DNA of 64,000 nucleotides, from contig OX597825.1 in assembly GCA_951406725.2 (NCBI GenBank), forward strand, positions 4,402,001-4,466,000. The letters run 5' to 3'. Under the pieces are notes generated by a model, which was not told where the DNA came from, made no database searches, and worked only from the letters and a program-made list of their open reading frames with translations. Every line of letters begins with the position of its first letter. The first letter of the stretch is position 1. Source of the DNA: Octopus vulgaris. Lineage: Eukaryota. The translations under genes and the position numbers were made by a program. Of this stretch, positions 25,950 to 40,707 are shown piece by piece.

Positions 25950-27380
25950 TAGATTGTAAGACACCCACTTGTTTTCCTATCTATTGTACAACTGGTCCTG
26001 GCAGAAATTCTTTATATCTGAGCAGAACCAGATCACCCTCAGATCAACAAAATGTCTTAACTTGCTCAGAATGTTCTTTGTTCAGGACGTTTGAAAACGG
26101 TTATTCTTGGCGTTGGCCGACGGAATTAATTTCTTGCGCCTCATGGACATGTGGTAGCGAAGATCCAGACCGTAAATTACTATAGAAAAAACCATAGGAA
26201 GTTGTGAAGGAAGCGGTGATACACTGGAAACACTAGGAGATTGCTGGACTAATCTGTCATAGGACTTGGTAAATACTGCACCAAAAGGAGGAAAACACTA
26301 ATACCGGGAGCAAGAGAAAAATTACAGAGCAACAGAAACACGATTCCCGAGGAGAATCACCTTGTGTAGGCAGCAGGAATGGCCACTAGGAAAAATGGAT
26401 AGAGTATGGACAGTCACTCGAACGCTCGCTGCCCTCAAAAGGAACTCGGAAGGGGAACATTTCATTCCTCCTTCGTGTGGTAGCTGAACACATGCCAACT
26501 TTAAATAACCTTAAAATATGGAGCAACATAGAACACCTAGTTTCCAAGCAGCAGCGGTGAGCATATCTTTGAGCCTTGAACCACATTTTTTACTGTATGT
26601 CCTTGGACATCAGCAGAAGACTGATACTAATTAAGGCATAGCAAAGACGTTGCAAAAATCACGAAGAGAACTCACCTTCAAATGGTGAAGGTTAATAAAC
26701 ACCAGCTACCACCACCAAATGGTATCGGATACCTATAAGAAGAATACAAAACCCGGAAGGACGAACCAAAGAGAGCGAAGCCGTCTTCTATTTTGCATCC
26801 AGCCACGGGTTGTGTGATGCTAGTGGACCTGACGAGCAGACTCATTTTCTCAGAGGAGATATCGTCATCTTCACTACTAACAGATTTATTCTTGCTCTTG
26901 AGGAGTAAAAAAGAAAAAACAAAAAAGAAAAAAAGCTCACAGGGCCCTGGTTGGAGGGATCAGCTAAAGACAACCACATATCAGGATTTGGTCGACGAGG
27001 CCCTTGCCAAGGGATGGCACTCGGCCTCATTTACTATTTAAGTCGGTTGCCGTGGCTTTCCAGTGTGTGCTATTTCCTGCACGTGATACATTTGGTACCA
27101 AGACGACTGAAGCAACCCAACAAGATACGACAGATGAAATAGGCTCAAGCTATAGTCGTAAAGAAACTGCGAATAGAAACCTTACGCAAGGTAAAACAAG
27201 TTCAACCCTCGCAGCCTCAGTTGGAGGCCACAGGCTAAAGGACGAAATGCTTGTGACCTTGAGATACCGACTGACGATGCAGGATTGTTCATAATATTGC
27301 GATTGATTTGCAAACCCTCTTACAAACCTCGGCATATTCTGCATGAGAGAAAGCATCTCTGATCTTCATTTAATCTCAGC
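25950..27380 (-). mobile_element. Possible degraded Gypsy-type pol remnant
   Basis: Weak motifs in plausible order on the minus strand: LSLMQNMPRFVRGFA (~FLGxxNYYRRFV), VPFEGS..DCPYS (~AGPF..VDAYS), PSQLPM..LDL, EGDLVLLR..PGPVV. Relatively GC-rich segment. Confidence 0.3.
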
Positions 27381-27878
27381 AGTTCCTGCAGAAAGCAACC
27401 ATGAAATTTATATTTGCATACACTATGCATGCGCAAATACTAACATACATACACACACACACAAACAAACACAAACGCACGCGCACACATACACACACAC
27501 ACACACACACATACACACACACACACACACACACAGAGAAACACACACATTTATATGCAAATATATACATGATCTTAGTTTTCGTGTAGCGAATTTTCAA
27601 GTAAGTATGATTTTATATACCAAGATACACTCGAAAACAACTTTAAACGAAAGCAGAGAGGCGGTTCGATTGATATACTGAGATGAATAAAGAAGCAGTG
27701 AAATCACTAAATTTTCTACATTTCCATCTTTCTGTATTTCCATATCCGTATCACACTCACTCTCTCTCATTTTATTGCTATCTCTCTAGTATATTTCCTT
27801 TGATTCCCACTTTAAATCATACTCCACTTCTTAGAACAGTCTCAATTACTCATGGTCTCTCTCCTTCACTCTCCCCCG

Positions 27879-27911
<33 letters not shown>

Positions 27912-29944
27912 GAAGTCTTGTTCCATTACGATTCCGACTAATGAACCGGCAGTATCGTATCAGTAATCTCATTTAAGTTTCTCTCGAATGATACTCTGCT
28001 TTCTAATAATGTATATCGTTGTCCTAGATATATCGAAATATTACATGATTCTAGATTAACTTCAATCAAAGGTGCTTGGGGATCAAATCTCGCTCGAATC
28101 TAAATAACAATACCACTCTTAACAGCTAGTTCAATTATTTTTTCTACCAGTGGATATTTAACTTTTCAACGCCGGATTCCGTTTGTTTTTCAGTAGTCAA
28201 CTACTGCTATCATCTATAATAGTGGTGTGTGCTCGTGAGGAATCGCTCAATCGAGAGTTCTTGCTGAAAGAAGATCACTGGTCCACACAGGTTGCTTGAC
28301 AAGATGATAACGACGACGATGATGTAATTTTAAACCGGTGAAGGGGAATTCAAAATAAATCAAATTCAAATAATCCTAAACTTCTGGAAGATCTCGTCTA
28401 GGGTTAGTTTTTACACAGCGTTTGAGAGGAAAGAAGCACGTATAGGTTAAGATATCATACATTTCCTTCTGGTGCTTAAAGCATAAATACTTCAACGTAT
28501 CTTCGACAATAACGCGTATTTATATTTCACACAAACATGGATAAGTATTCATAGACTTTTCCTATATCATTCTCTATGTGGTTTGTATAATGATGGATTG
28601 CATTTCCAAACATTTTGCAATTCTGAATTCTGAATGCTCATTTGCTGCTTCAGTAAAGATTACGAAGCGCTACCATTCCATTCGCCCAAATAAATTCCCC
28701 ATGATTTATCGCGAAATATTCCCCAACTCGCTACATGATTTCGTGTTAAAATAGATAGATATACCATAGAATGTTTCGCGAGAGAATATAAGACTACAAA
28801 ATTTTTAAAATATACGTAAAGAATATTCCAATTACTGTTTTGAATGCATGCAAATATATTCTGATAAATACAGAGTGTTTGTGAGTATGAATGTGTGTGT
28901 GTTTGCGTGTTAGTGTGTGTATGTGTGTGTGACACAATTTTTTGGAAGATAACGGAAGAAAAGCAAAACCTAATCTCTAAAGAAAATAACTGGAATATTT
29001 ACTACCAAATGCAGCCACCGCTTCCTGCTTACAAAACCTACCAGAGATCGCACCCAAATCTTTAAATTAAATTGTTTTGATACAAAAGATCACACTGGAT
29101 AATGTTAGTCTTGCAGAGTTAAGCCATGCTGTGTTTAGGCTGAAGATCATAAAATCATGGTTTCAATTCTCGGTCCGGGTGAAAATGACTTGTCTGCTGC
29201 AGAAAAGCAGAGCGCAGATTATTAGCTCGAAATCCTAAAAAGAACGCTATCCTTAAGGGCGATAATATTCGGTACTATATAGCCAGTGAGGTAAGCATAC
29301 ATGATGTTTACGACCGGATTGAATACATTTTATCTTGTATCTGTTCAATCTGAAATCGGTTATTGATAACCGAAATAATAATCAATCGTTATACTGTGTG
29401 AGGAATTGTGTGTTCGAATTTCAAATTTCACAGACAAATGGCGAAACTAAACGAGCAGATGCGTTAGTGCCTAGCTACAGGTATCGAAGGTCGTCATTAT
29501 AGATATTTATGCAATTGCATTTTATGTTCTACGTCCTCTGATATATTAACTAACAGCATCTATTTATGTGTGTGTGTGTGTTTATTTATGTATGTCTTTT
29601 CTTTTACGCGTCCATTAGACGGGCCCTTACGCCTCTCCTTTCCAAAGAACTGCAATTATAGGTATATATGCCACGGGTTTGTATTCACTCTCTTGTCAGA
29701 CATGTGACAAGGCTCACTGAGTGGAATCAGGAGATCAAAGCCACTCGGAGATCTTTTGGAACATAATTACCTTCGTGAGATGACGATTTAGTTAAGCGAA
29801 TTGGGACAAGATGCAATAGATTAGCAAGATTACGAAGGAATTGGGAGCACATTGTTAACAATAATGCATAACATTAGCATGTATGTGTGTGTGTGTGTAC
29901 ATCCTATATATACATATATATATGTATATATATATATATCTTTA

Positions 29945-30192
29945 AAGGCGCAGGAGTGGCTACGCAGTAGGTACCTTGCTTACGAACCACACCGTTTAGG
30001 TTCGGTGTCTGTGTCATTGTCCCCCCACCATCGCTTGACAACAGATGTAGGTGTATTTGCGTCCCCGTAATTCAGTTCTTCGGCAAAAAAAGTCCGGTAG
30101 AATGAGTACTTGGGTGGCAACGAATAAGTCCTAGGGTCGATTTGCTCCAGCATAAACACAGTCAAGTGATTGAAACGAATCAAAGAATGAAG
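29945..30192 (+). mobile_element. SINE family A with internal deletion
   Basis: Head AGGCGCAGGAGTGGCT joined directly to the 3' half (TTGTCCCCCCACCATCGCTTGACAAC...GCTCCAGCAT...GAAACGAAT). Confidence 0.8.
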
Positions 30193-30205
30193 ATATAATA
30201 GAATA

Positions 30206-30255
<50 letters not shown>

Positions 30256-30648
30256 CGTGTGTGTGTGTGTGTGTGTAAGTATATATATATATATATGTAT
30301 GTTTATATATGTACGTTCTGTATATACATTAACAAAGTATGTAGGAGGAACAGTTGATAAACCAAGTTTTTAGAAAAATGGTGAAGGAACAAAGAAAAAT
30401 GGTTTATCAAAGACACAAAAGTGACGATGTTACTCTACGTGACGATTTTCATCTGCCACCTACACACTTATATATATATATAATCGATCTTGTTGTAGAC
30501 TAACCTATCATGATAAATACTCGAAAATTATTTAGGTATCAGTTACCTCCGAGTCGAGTGAATGACGACAGCAGAATTAAATTTGATTGGCGCTGGTGTC
30601 AAAATGAAACACGCTCACACTTTACAATTATTAGAAATTATTATTGCT

Positions 30649-30718
<70 letters not shown>

Positions 30719-30829
30719 AAGAGAGGGGGAGAGAGATAGACGGGCGGACAGAGAAAGAGGGGGAGAAATAACGACAGGGATAAAGGGGCAGATAGATAGA
30801 CAGACAGACAGATGGATAGATAGATAGAT

Positions 30830-30867
<38 letters not shown>

Positions 30868-30877
30868 GTAGATAGAC

Positions 30878-30914
<37 letters not shown>

Positions 30915-30923
30915 TATAGATAT

Positions 30924-30976
<53 letters not shown>

Positions 30977-31160
30977 CAGACAAATAGAAAATAGATAATA
31001 GACAGATACATAGATAATATATATATACATAGATACATACACAAACGTGCACACGCACATATATCTATATTATATTGACACACACATACTTACACGCATG
31101 AACATACACAAAAGAACATACTTCCATCCGTGCATACAAATCATTATTCATACGCACACA

Positions 31161-31199
<39 letters not shown>

Positions 31200-31629
31200 T
31201 CGCACACATATATTCTAACATATCGGCGTTGTATTTGTTTTACTTTTTGAATCGCATAAATATTATATATGAGGTTACTTTCACCTTTACATGTATATTA
31301 AGTAATTATTTTCAATTTGGTGAAATTATTATAGTTCCACCAATGTGCGTGTGTGTGTGTGTGTGTGTGTACATATATATATATTTGTTATATACACACA
31401 TACACACGCACACACACACATATATGATGTGCAAAATAAAATAAATATCTACACAATAAATTAATTGATGTAAAGAAGTCAGATTCAAGAAAATGGCAAT
31501 TAAAATAAATTAGTCTCGTATTGATCAACTTGAAATCAGAGAATAAATAGAAAAAAAAAAGTCGCACAAGGAATAGAAGAAGTGGTAAATAAAATGTAAG
31601 ATAGAAAGCAAATATGATATATTGCATTA

Positions 31630-31689
<60 letters not shown>

Positions 31690-32011
31690 ATATATATTTG
31701 TAGATGTTTCTTGGCTTTCTTTATAGAATTATCAATGACTACAATAAATACGAATGTTTTAATTATGTTGATTTCATCTATGTTATACCGGCCACACTGG
31801 AGCACTGCGGTTCAGGATGCTAGTCATTTATTGCAAGCACAGAACAAGACAGTTTTTTGTATTTAAAAAAAATTATTTTGTTTCTTTTCTTCTTTTTTTT
31901 TCCATGACTATGTTATGTTTGGAGCCCAACCTTGCTACACACTCATATACACTGAAATCATTTGCATACATTGTATCTAATATGTATAAGTGCATATTTT
32001 TACTAGTTTAA

Positions 32012-32146
32012 ATTATTTCACTGCGGCCACACTGGGGCACAGCCTCTAGTCGAGCAAATCGAACCCAGTACTTTTTTCTTTGTAAGCCTAGTACATATTC
32101 TATTAGAACTTTTCCCGAACCCTTACGTTACGGAGAAATAAACACA

Positions 32147-32200
<54 letters not shown>

Positions 32201-32352
32201 AACGACGGACTCCTTTCAGTTTCCATTCATGAAACCCATTCACAAGATTTTTGGTCACCCCAAAGCTATAGTAGAAGACACTTTCCCAAGGTGCCTCGCT
32301 GTGGGACTGAACCCGAAACCATGTGGTAAACAAGCTCCTTTCCACACACCCA
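32012..32352 (-). mobile_element. SINE family A, degraded
   Basis: CTGCGGCCACACTGG...GTCGAGCAAATCGA...(TA)n...TTTCAGTTTCC...GCTATAGTAGAAGACACTTTCCCAAGGTGCC...GGGACTGAACCCG. Confidence 0.85.
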
Positions 32353-32365
32353 CTTCATCTACATG

Positions 32366-32476
<111 letters not shown>

Positions 32477-32603
32477 GTAGATAGATAGGTACATACATAC
32501 ATATGTACATTCGTAGAGATATAGAGAGAGATGAATAGATTGATAGATATACGTATATGTATAAATAAATACTTATATATACATCTTTCTGTATATTCAT
32601 GCA

Positions 32604-32642
<39 letters not shown>

Positions 32643-33260
32643 GCATATATATGTGTATGTGTGTACATATATACATATGCATTTATATATATATACACAG
32701 CCATACATATGTATATGTCAGGGTGTATATACGGCGTAAGTACATAAACATCGACACACATACACAGGTACACGCATATTTTATAATAAGACAATCTGAT
32801 ATGGAAAACAGAGACGTCATTTATCTGTTAAATTTTACGCTGATCTATTTTCATAATTAACAATTTCAGAAATAGAAAATTTTCAGAGAGGGCAATGGAA
32901 GAATGAAGATTTCCATATGAGAAGGTTCGGAAAAATATATAAATTTACACGAGAATTAATTGATAAAAATGGAAACGCATACGAAAATGAAATCGATTTT
33001 TAATCAGTATTATTTTTGCTCACATATATGAACTCCAGTTTGAAAAGTGTAATTATATGTTCATTAACGACACAAAATAATGAGCGTATTGTGTAATTTT
33101 GCAGCTTGCTTTTTATTTTTTTTCTTATTATTATTTCTTTAATTTTCATGTGTTGAAAGTTTTACAAATGTGCAAGCAGTATCAGATTAAATGAAAATAG
33201 CTGATCGCTTCAGGTTTGAATTAAAAACACACATACGTTTATACATGTATACATACACAA

Positions 33261-33367
<107 letters not shown>

Positions 33368-33727
33368 GCATGTCCAATATATGAAGTGGGAGATGAATAT
33401 GATATATATATATATATATATATATATGCATATATATATTGATATAGATATAGATAGATAGAGAGAGTGAGAGATACAGACAGAGTGAGATACAGATAGA
33501 AAAAGAGAATAACAGAGAGAGAGTGAGAGCGAGAGAAAAGCAGACGGAAAGAGTGAAAGAGAGAGAACAGAAAGAGAGACAGAAAGAAAGATATACCCAA
33601 ACGAGGAAGTAATTTGGAAGGTTGCTATGTATGTATGTATGTAGGTAGCTAGGAACGTAGTTATAGATGAATACACGCATGCATAGATAGATGCATGTGT
33701 ACATACGTACATATATACATACATATA

Positions 33728-33767
<40 letters not shown>

Positions 33768-34391
33768 GATATGCATACGTAGATATGTCATCTCGATGTT
33801 AGGATACTGTTTTCATCACAACACAACAAATATCTTTATGGATCCCTGTTGATGGCCAAACAGTGCTTGTTCACACATGTACATTCATGGCAAGTATTTA
33901 TTAGCCTACAACTGAGCTTGAATTATTATGCTGATAGCCTAGCTTGTTTCCTATACGTTTCTATATTGATGATATTGATAAAGAAATATTTAATCTTAAT
34001 GTTTCTTTATTTGAGTAAAACATGGAGGTCGCTGCATTATCTGTTTTATGTCAGGAAAATTCAGATATATAAATCATAACAAAAGTTTTAAATTATGATC
34101 AATGTTTTAGACCTGGTATCTGATTGCAGTTTCTTTAGAAATGCTGTGTATGTTATCTAACATATTAACCCTTTCCATATGATCATAGTATTTATTCTAA
34201 AACATAATACCATTAAAATTTAATATATTAGATTTTCTTAACCTTCCTACAATTATATTGTAAATTACACAGCCAAATGCTTCAAATTTCAGTGCACATT
34301 AAAAGCAGCAAACTACCGTAAAATTAATTCCTCAATATACTACATGACACCCAACAGACTTCAAACCATGCAACAATATACAAATTATAAA

Positions 34392-34590
34392 AGTCGGCGA
34401 GCACGCCGGGCGAAATACTTAGCGTTATTTCGTCTGACTTTACGTTCTAAGTTCAAATCCCGCCGAGGTCGACTTTGCTTTTCATCCTTTCGGGTTGATG
34501 AATTAAATACCGGTTGTGTACTGGGGCCGCTCGATTAGATCGGCCCCCTTCCCCCTAATTTCGGGTTTTGTGCCTAGGGTAGAAAAGAAT
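34392..34590 (+). mobile_element. SINE family B
   Basis: GCACGCCGGGCGAAATACTTAGCG...GTTCAAATCCCGCCGAGGTCGACTTTGC...TTGTGCCTAGGGTAGAAAAG. Confidence 0.85.
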
Positions 34591-34860
34591 AGAGACGTCA
34601 ATATCAACCACTATTTTCCTTACAAACTTGAAACAACACAACACATTTGGTTATATACTTGGTTGATATAAAATTATCAACAGACCACGAACTATAATAA
34701 ATTATAAGCCTTAATATATGGAATTAAACTAAAATATATTTTCTTGGTCTGCGAGTCTTATCAAATTTCACTCGATACTCCGATTTTTAATGGGTGTTGT
34801 TCATTGAATGATATAATATTTGATATACGAAAGTTTGTAAATGAATGAACAATAGTATTC

Positions 34861-35072
34861 TCTCTTTTACTCTCTTTTACTTGTTTCAGTTAATTGACTG
34901 CGGCCCTGCTGGAGCACCGCCTTTAGTCGAGCAAATCGACCCAGGGATTTATTCTTTGTAAGCCCAGTACTTATTCTATCGGTCTCTTTTGCCGAACCGC
35001 GTAGTGACGGGGACGTAAACACACCAACATCGGTTGTCAAGCAATGCTAGGGGGACAAACACAGACACACAA

Positions 35073-35139
<67 letters not shown>

Positions 35140-35305
35140 TACGACAGGCTTCTTTCAGTTTCCGTCTACCAAATCCACTCACAAGGCATTGGTCGGCCCG
35201 GGGCTATAGCAGAAGACACTTGCCCAAGATGCCACGCAGTGGGACTGAACCCGGAACCATGTGGTTGGTTAGCAAGCTACTTACCACACAGCCACTCCTG
35301 TGCCT
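34861..35305 (-). mobile_element. Full-length SINE family A
   Basis: Reverse complement of 6855-7268, with a longer internal (CA)n(TA)n tract. Confidence 0.92.
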
Positions 35306-36044
35306 ATGTGGAACTCTTCCATTTAATTTGGATTTAATTGATGCTAAACAAACCAACTGTAAACCAATTGATTTGTAAAACTAAATGTTCGCTATGTTTG
35401 CACCCAGGCAAGCGAATATCTTATATTAATGGACATCTTCAAAAATTAATCATATTCATAAACTGTTTCAAAAAAGAACAAATTAAGATTTGTAGACTCC
35501 TGTGAAGGGCTACTTGATAGCAGTCCACAGAGTGCATGGCAATAACTTCTGTTTATCATTATTTGGTCTGTAGAGCAATGAATATCTACTTGTCATTTCC
35601 TCTTGATTCCATGCACAATAACTATTAACCTTTGCTCCCTGAGAAGGAAAACAAAGACAAATATAATACAAGGCAAATAAACTTGAATAAATATTTTGGG
35701 ATATATTACCAATTTCTGAAGGGATTAACCAGTATCGATCTGTTCGGGGAATCGTTAATCCATTATATTCCAGCTTTCGGGCATTACCAAAATTCATGAG
35801 AGTTATTACCTTCTTTCCTAAATCATTTTACTAAACCTTTTACTTTTACATTTTACGTGCTCCAGTCATTTTAGATTGGACAAACTGGGGCTCTGCCTTG
35901 TAAAATTTACCCGAACTCATTGATTTCCGGTAATTATTTTTATCTCTGGAGCTTATACTATTTCTTTTTATTGCTGAACTACAGCAAACCAGAACCAGCA
36001 AATGGAGATTAAAAAAAACACAAGCATGAAACATGCAAAACTAT

Positions 36045-36134
<90 letters not shown>

Positions 36135-36149
36135 ATATATATATATATA

Positions 36150-36560
36150 ATATATGGTATAAATTATAAAAGGGCAAATGTGTTAGCCTTTACTCTGAAG
36201 ACTGAAAACATGATGAATAACCTTAAATCATTTTCGAACCTTATTGGCTTCTCATCGGAGGCGTCTGCATCATTCTGGCAATCTCCAGAGAAACAAGTAG
36301 CCAACCTGTTTATATACTCCACAAATGCTGAACTTACTCCATGAAGGAGTCACTAATTCGCACACCCAAAGTGTTTAACAGCGGCCTGTCAGCGGGGATC
36401 TTAGTCCACACAGTATCAAGGTATGATACAGTATATAACATATGGTATAATTATAAACAGGGCAAATTTTAGCTGTTTCTCCGCAGACAGAAAACGCGAA
36501 CAACTTTGATTGATTTTCGAACTGCATTGTTTTCTCATCAGAGGCGTCATTCTGACAGCA
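36150..36560 (-). repeat. Degenerate direct repeats about 283 bp apart, each with a hammerhead-like motif on the minus strand
   Basis: Copies 36150-36285 and 36440-36560 share TATGGTATAA.TTATAAA..GGGCAAAT..TTAGC..GAC.GAAAAC..TTTTCGAAC..TTCTCATC.GAGGCGTC. Minus strand reads CCT-C(C/T)GATGA-GAA..TTC-GAAA. Confidence 0.6.
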
Positions 36561-36599
36561 AACATATGCGTGTGAAAAAGTATACGTGTGAATACATAT

Positions 36600-36706
36600 A
36601 TCTGATGGGCTTCCATGTAATTTCCGTCAACTAAAATACACTCAAAAATTGTTGGTCGGCCAAGAACTATTGTAGAAGACACTTACCTAAGTTACTGCGC
36701 AGTTGG
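36600..36706 (-). mobile_element. SINE family A 5' fragment
   Basis: TTTCCGTC...TTGGTCGGCC...TATTGTAGAAGACACTTACCTAAG. Confidence 0.7.
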
Positions 36707-37502
36707 AATTTTCCTTCTATATTAGAAATGAATTCCAAAGGTCCCTTTATGTAAAACGATCTTTTAAATTCTCAGCGGGATTGAAACAATGATACTATTG
36801 CTAAAGTTATATAATTTTATATCAATATTCCCAAACAACAATGATTCATCTTAAAGTTATACGCTTTCTTAACACATAATATGAGAAAGTTTTCTCTCAA
36901 TCAATCAAAAACTACAAACATTAACCGTTCAAAATTCTCTTTAGATAGACATTAAATGTTACCAATAAATTGATTACCCATATAACCGTCAGAATAAGGT
37001 TTAGTAAAATCTATTAATAATCTTAAAACAAGACTCTGCTCTCCAGCAATGCATGGCATTTGTAAGTATTCTTCTAAAATTATTCAAGTATGTCTTGGCC
37101 AAACCTTAGGAAATCTTAAGTGTGTGCAAGCTGCCAAACATCTGACTGTGTATTAAAAGTTAATTGCAACATCATTTTACAATGGGGTAAGCACGGAATA
37201 ACAAAATTACAGAAACTGCCAACAGCATACGATATCAGTTGTACACAACACACGGCGGCTTATTACTTTATGAAGTGGTTAATTCTCAGAATTATATGAG
37301 AATACTGAAATCCATCTGTCTATACATTATACATACGCGCATGCTTAAATATGTAGACATACATACTTCTTAGCTGCTTTCTTGTATACGAGCAAAGCCA
37401 TTAATAGAAAGAATCATTGAAATGAGTCATTCTTGATGCAATCTGAGGCTTGAGAGGATTGACTCTTGAGCCTGACAAAAAATTTGCAAAGTGTATTAAA
37501 TA

Positions 37503-37719
37503 ATCTTTTTTACTGTAGGCACAAGACCCTAAATTCTGGGGAAGGAGGGGGAAGTCGATAGGATCGACCCCAGTACGCAATTGGTACTTAATTTATCGAC
37601 CCCGAAAAGATAAAAAGCAATGTCGAACTCGGCGGAATTTGAACTCAGAACATAAAGACAGACGAAATACCGCTAAGCATTTCGCCCGGAGTGCTAACCT
37701 TTCCGCCAGTTCGCCGCTT
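37503..37719 (-). mobile_element. SINE family B, near full length
   Basis: GTAGGCACAAG...TCGACCCCAGTACGCAATTGGTACTTAATTTATCGACCCCGAAA...GAACTCAGAAC...GCTAAGCATTTCGCCCGG. Confidence 0.88.
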
Positions 37720-37759
37720 TTCTATTACATACTGCATAGCTGTGCTGGCCGGCCGGCCG

Positions 37760-37925
37760 GCCGAAGGAACGGGTGCCACAGTAGGAACGCTTTCAACATT
37801 CGTTTTCAATGTTCCCGCTGAGAGGCACATCTTTCCACAAGTTTTACATGTCATGTTGTGAACAATAGCCATTCCACAATTTACCATGGGTCGATTCCTT
37901 TGAGTTCTCTAGTGGGTGACCCTGA
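37760..37925 (-). mobile_element. Probable RTE-clade LINE C-terminal zinc-finger remnant
   Basis: Minus-strand CKTCGKMCLSAGTLKTN resembles the CxxCGRxCxSxxGLxxH finger at the end of RTE ORFs. Confidence 0.45.
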
Positions 37926-37982
37926 AACACGACTCAGTATATATATATATGCGTGTGTGTGTGTGTGTGTGTGCATATATTA

Positions 37983-38040
<58 letters not shown>

Positions 38041-38284
38041 CATATATTATATATACATATATATGAGGGAATATTGTTCCAAACTTACAAGGAAAATTTC
38101 AATTTAGAAATACTAAATCAAATTTTTAAAATAGATATTATATATAGAAATTAGAAAGAGCACCTTTTATCAATACAATAATGAAAATTTTTATTATCCC
38201 ATTTAGAAAAATTACAAATTATAGAAAGATTAAATATAAGATAATACATATAGCAATCTGAATAAACAATCAAAACCAAATTGA

Positions 38285-38370
38285 CTCTATTCTTTCGACT
38301 AAGAACTCTTCAAGGCGGGTCTCCAGCATGGCCACAGTCCAATGACTGAGAGAAAGAACAAATAAAAGAC
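38285..38370 (+). mobile_element. SINE family A 3' tail fragment
   Basis: AAGGCGGGTCTCCAGCATGGCCACAGTCCAATGACTGA. Confidence 0.75.
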
Positions 38371-38387
38371 GAATACACGCAAACACC

Positions 38388-38418
<31 letters not shown>

Positions 38419-39279
38419 AATCTATATATGTATGTGTGTATGTGTTGGCGTGTGTATGTATATATATATATATGCATATATATATATATATTTGCTTACA
38501 CATATACACGTGTATGTATGCTTCCCTGTACGTATGTGTTAGCCACACGCACCATCAAACCTAACATTTACAAATACACTATAATCCTGTCTACAAACCC
38601 ATTAACCGTTCCAATCCGGCAGTGCTTTGCAAGGCTTCCACATTTTTACGGACCTGTAAATTTGAATAGCAGAAATATAAACTTCCTCCTGCTGCACCGC
38701 TTCCCCATCAGTTCTGATACACTTTTAGATCACCAATCCTCTATATTTGAATGCTTCTGACTAATTGTTGTCATTTTAAATAACATTGTTTAACATTGTC
38801 ATGTTTCCCCTTTAATATATTCCTTATTTTCTATAATTATTATTTTATGAATGCTGCAAGGGAAATAATACCAGTCAATTATACATGAATAGCCACACAT
38901 AACATTGCATTATATCGGGTATGATATTATCTAACCAATAATTCCAAGCAGATTTAAAGTAGAATCCATATGTAAATTATAGATCTGAGTGAACGGTCTT
39001 TTGAAATATTGAAATTCCGTATAATAATATATTAATCAAACGGTAAAGAGTCACGGATCTACCTATCCCCATGACTGTATTAAGTAATATAATTACTATA
39101 CTTCGTATTGAGTTTTGTCTACTAGCCTTATGCCGATTCATAGTACAGTCTGTATTAATGCGTGCATATATGTGTGTATGTGTATGCATGTATGCATATA
39201 TATTCATAAATACATATGTAATCATAACAATTGATTTTCATTGAACTCAGCGTGCTGCTTCAAAGTAAAAGAGAAGCAT

Positions 39280-39520
39280 GCGTGTTCAAGACCGAGATAT
39301 ACGCCAGTTTTGCCAACAGCATGAAGAAAACCAAACCCCGGGACATGGATCTAAATGTAGAAGTTAGAACAAGAGTTTTTCTGGGCAAATCTGTTTACAA
39401 ATCTCAGTGGCTGGGGAAAACGACCCTAAAAACTACATCAGAGAGAGCGGAGCGGTGTTTAACCTAGATCTGATTAAGGAGGGACAAAATCAACTTCCAT
39501 ACTGTTTGTGGGTAATATGT
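39280..39520 (+). mobile_element. Possible L1/Tx1-type reverse transcriptase N-terminal remnant
   Basis: EIYAS..NSMKKT / TPGH / LNVEV across a frameshift resembles the KSPGPDGLxxEFY motif. Weak. Confidence 0.25.
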
Positions 39521-40669
39521 TTGTATTTTAACGCTGAGGAAAGTAAATGGGAATGCATTGTGGTGGCTGCGTTGGCCTTGTTGATTTTTCACCTCTACCA
39601 TGATTACTAACGCAATTTGGAGAGGAGTTCCGGCAATACGAAATCTCTATGCAGTTTTAATACACAAGTATCTGATATCCAAGTGATTCGAAATTATCAG
39701 CAAATGGGCAACCTGATGTGTATATATGGTCAGGGAGGGAGGCAATGACTTTCAGCAACTGGTTCACATACACTTTATTAGATAGATTAAGTTTTTTAAC
39801 TTGTTATGTAGTTTGGAACAGGGTCAGCTGTTGAGTTCAAGTTGATCTCATCAACCCCCTTCTCTGGAGCCGCTGTTTTAAATAACTCATTAGACATTAT
39901 TTGTGCACAACCCAATGAGAGACTGAAAACGGGTTTTGTTTTCCATTTAGCTTTTCACTGGGCGTTCTAAGATCTTGTGCTACTGGAGTATTGTCTCCAA
40001 ATGCTTTTTTCTAGTTTGGAAAGAAATGCGACGAAACATTTTGCAAATATAGTGATAGAGTGATGGTGTATTTTATATTTTAAATTACCGTAGATTCTCT
40101 TTCATTCCTCTCATTTTTATAGGTTAGTCTGAGTTTGCTTCTGGTTTCCGAAAGTGTCTTGCCTAAGTGAGATATATGGTTGTCATTAAGAAGTTTACTT
40201 CAGCAAAATGAATTCTGTATTATTCGCCTCAAGACTCTCTTGTCTCTTGCGTTTTGTCTGCGTTGATTCATTTCTTTGAAATAAATTTAATGCAATGCCT
40301 TGCGTTAGTGACATAACATCTTTGCGGTTACATATCTTACATAGTGTTTCCTGTTGGCGAGTGGTTCACATCATGATTTTTTTGACAGATTTCTGCTCAG
40401 ATTTGTACAATTTCAGGCAGGCGAGGTCCCATATGTTACCGAGTTCGTATACATGTTCGGTTACTTTGTACAATACTCTGTTAATTCTACCATGTTAGAG
40501 ACTGCGAAAATCATTGTTAAAACCCTTCACACTTTAAGTGAGTTTCACGTCCATAATGGTGATAAAACATGTTATTCCTGTTCGCTTAGAGTAATCGTTC
40601 CATGAAATCATCCTAATGAAATGAAGTGGAGATTGTATATGTTTAGTTCAGGATACTGCATTCCAGGGG

Positions 40670-40707
<38 letters not shown>

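Noticed and set aside
37746-37761. (GGCC)4 GC-rich palindrome
   Set aside because: Short simple repeat at a retroelement junction, with no further support for function.
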